Shown: piece by piece, positions 63,294 to 64,000 of the stretch | Layout of the letters: each line of letters opens with the position of its first letter | How positions within the stretch are numbered: position 1 is the stretch's first letter | Assembly (NCBI RefSeq): GCF_018977255.1 | Contig: NW_024704742.1 | Location: forward strand, 23,872,001 to 23,936,000 | Length of the DNA stretch: 64,000 nt | Direction of reading: 5' to 3' | Source of the DNA: Callorhinchus milii | Lineage: Eukaryota | Program-made: the position numbers and the translations under genes | The notes under the pieces: generated by a model | Told to the model about the DNA's origin: nothing | The model's database searches: none | What the model saw: only the letters and a program-made list of their open reading frames with translations

Positions 63294-64000
63294 TGAAATA
63301 TACTGTAAATTGTAGTGACTGAGTATTTTGTAGGCAAACACAGCAAACAACGTGCATTACAGCTATGTCCTACAACAGCCACATAACGAATGACCAATTT
63401 TATTGGGGGGATTGTTGGCCAAGGCGCTGGAAGAAACTCCCTTCTCTTTTTGAACAGTGCCATGGAATCTTTAACGTTCACTTGAACAGGCATACAGCAC
63501 TTCAGTTTAACATCTCATCTAAAGGACAGCACTTCCAATGCTGCAGTGTACCCCCAGCGCTGGAGAGTCAGCCTCGACAATGAATTCCAAGTTTGAACCC
63601 ACCGCTTTCTATTTCAAAGGTTAGACAGCTTCCAACTGAGCCAGGCTGACACTCCGGCAAGCTTGGTCAGTATTAGAGTTGAGTGACGAGTGTAGTTAGT
63701 ATTAAGGTCACATTTAGTATTAAGGTCGCATCAGCATTAAAGTTTGTCAGATTTGTAGACAGAGCCTTACCCAAGTAGATATGATGGGCATCAGGATAAT
63801 ACTGGTGTAACACTAATCACATCAAAGTAATAAATTGTAATGGATTCTAGTCTAACATTTCCCATCTCTGACCACGAGAAGCCAGGAAACGTGGCTCTTG
63901 GGAGATGAAATCATAAAACCGATAACCTACCATTTGAAAGCTTCATTCTGCTGAGTTTGTGGTTCTCATGATAAAGTGGTCATTACCTTTAGATTTTCTC

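Overview
Vertebrate nuclear DNA, most likely from a cartilaginous fish (inferred from the L2/CR1/DeuSINE repeat content). Two genes lie tail-to-tail, as in human. On the + strand are the last three coding exons of FHIP1A/FAM160A1 (stop at 7674-7676). On the - strand is a complete 13-exon GATB/PET112 gene (33623 to 9805). All GATB introns are GT-AG with consistent phases; the CDS is 1614 nt (537 aa). GATB has a compact CpG-island promoter with two inverted ZNF143/THAP11 motifs around an NRF1-like site. From about 34.5 kb to 64 kb I recognise no protein-coding gene, only repeats and several enhancer-like blocks. Repeats include L2 and CR1 fragments, old DeuSINEs and a young tRNA-Ala-headed SINE. 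Most notable observations: a non-autonomous Helitron with a captured G-rich minisatellite in GATB intron 4, a probable decayed twister-ribozyme remnant in an FHIP1A intron, an atypical RTE-group LINE relic, a Tc1/mariner-pogo MITE inside a SINE tail, a three-step SINE evolution series, a duplication of an FHIP1A exon end and donor, and competing splice acceptors in both genes. I see no clear evidence of a wholly new gene system. Repeat boundaries are approximate and family names come from recalled consensus sequences, not from searches.
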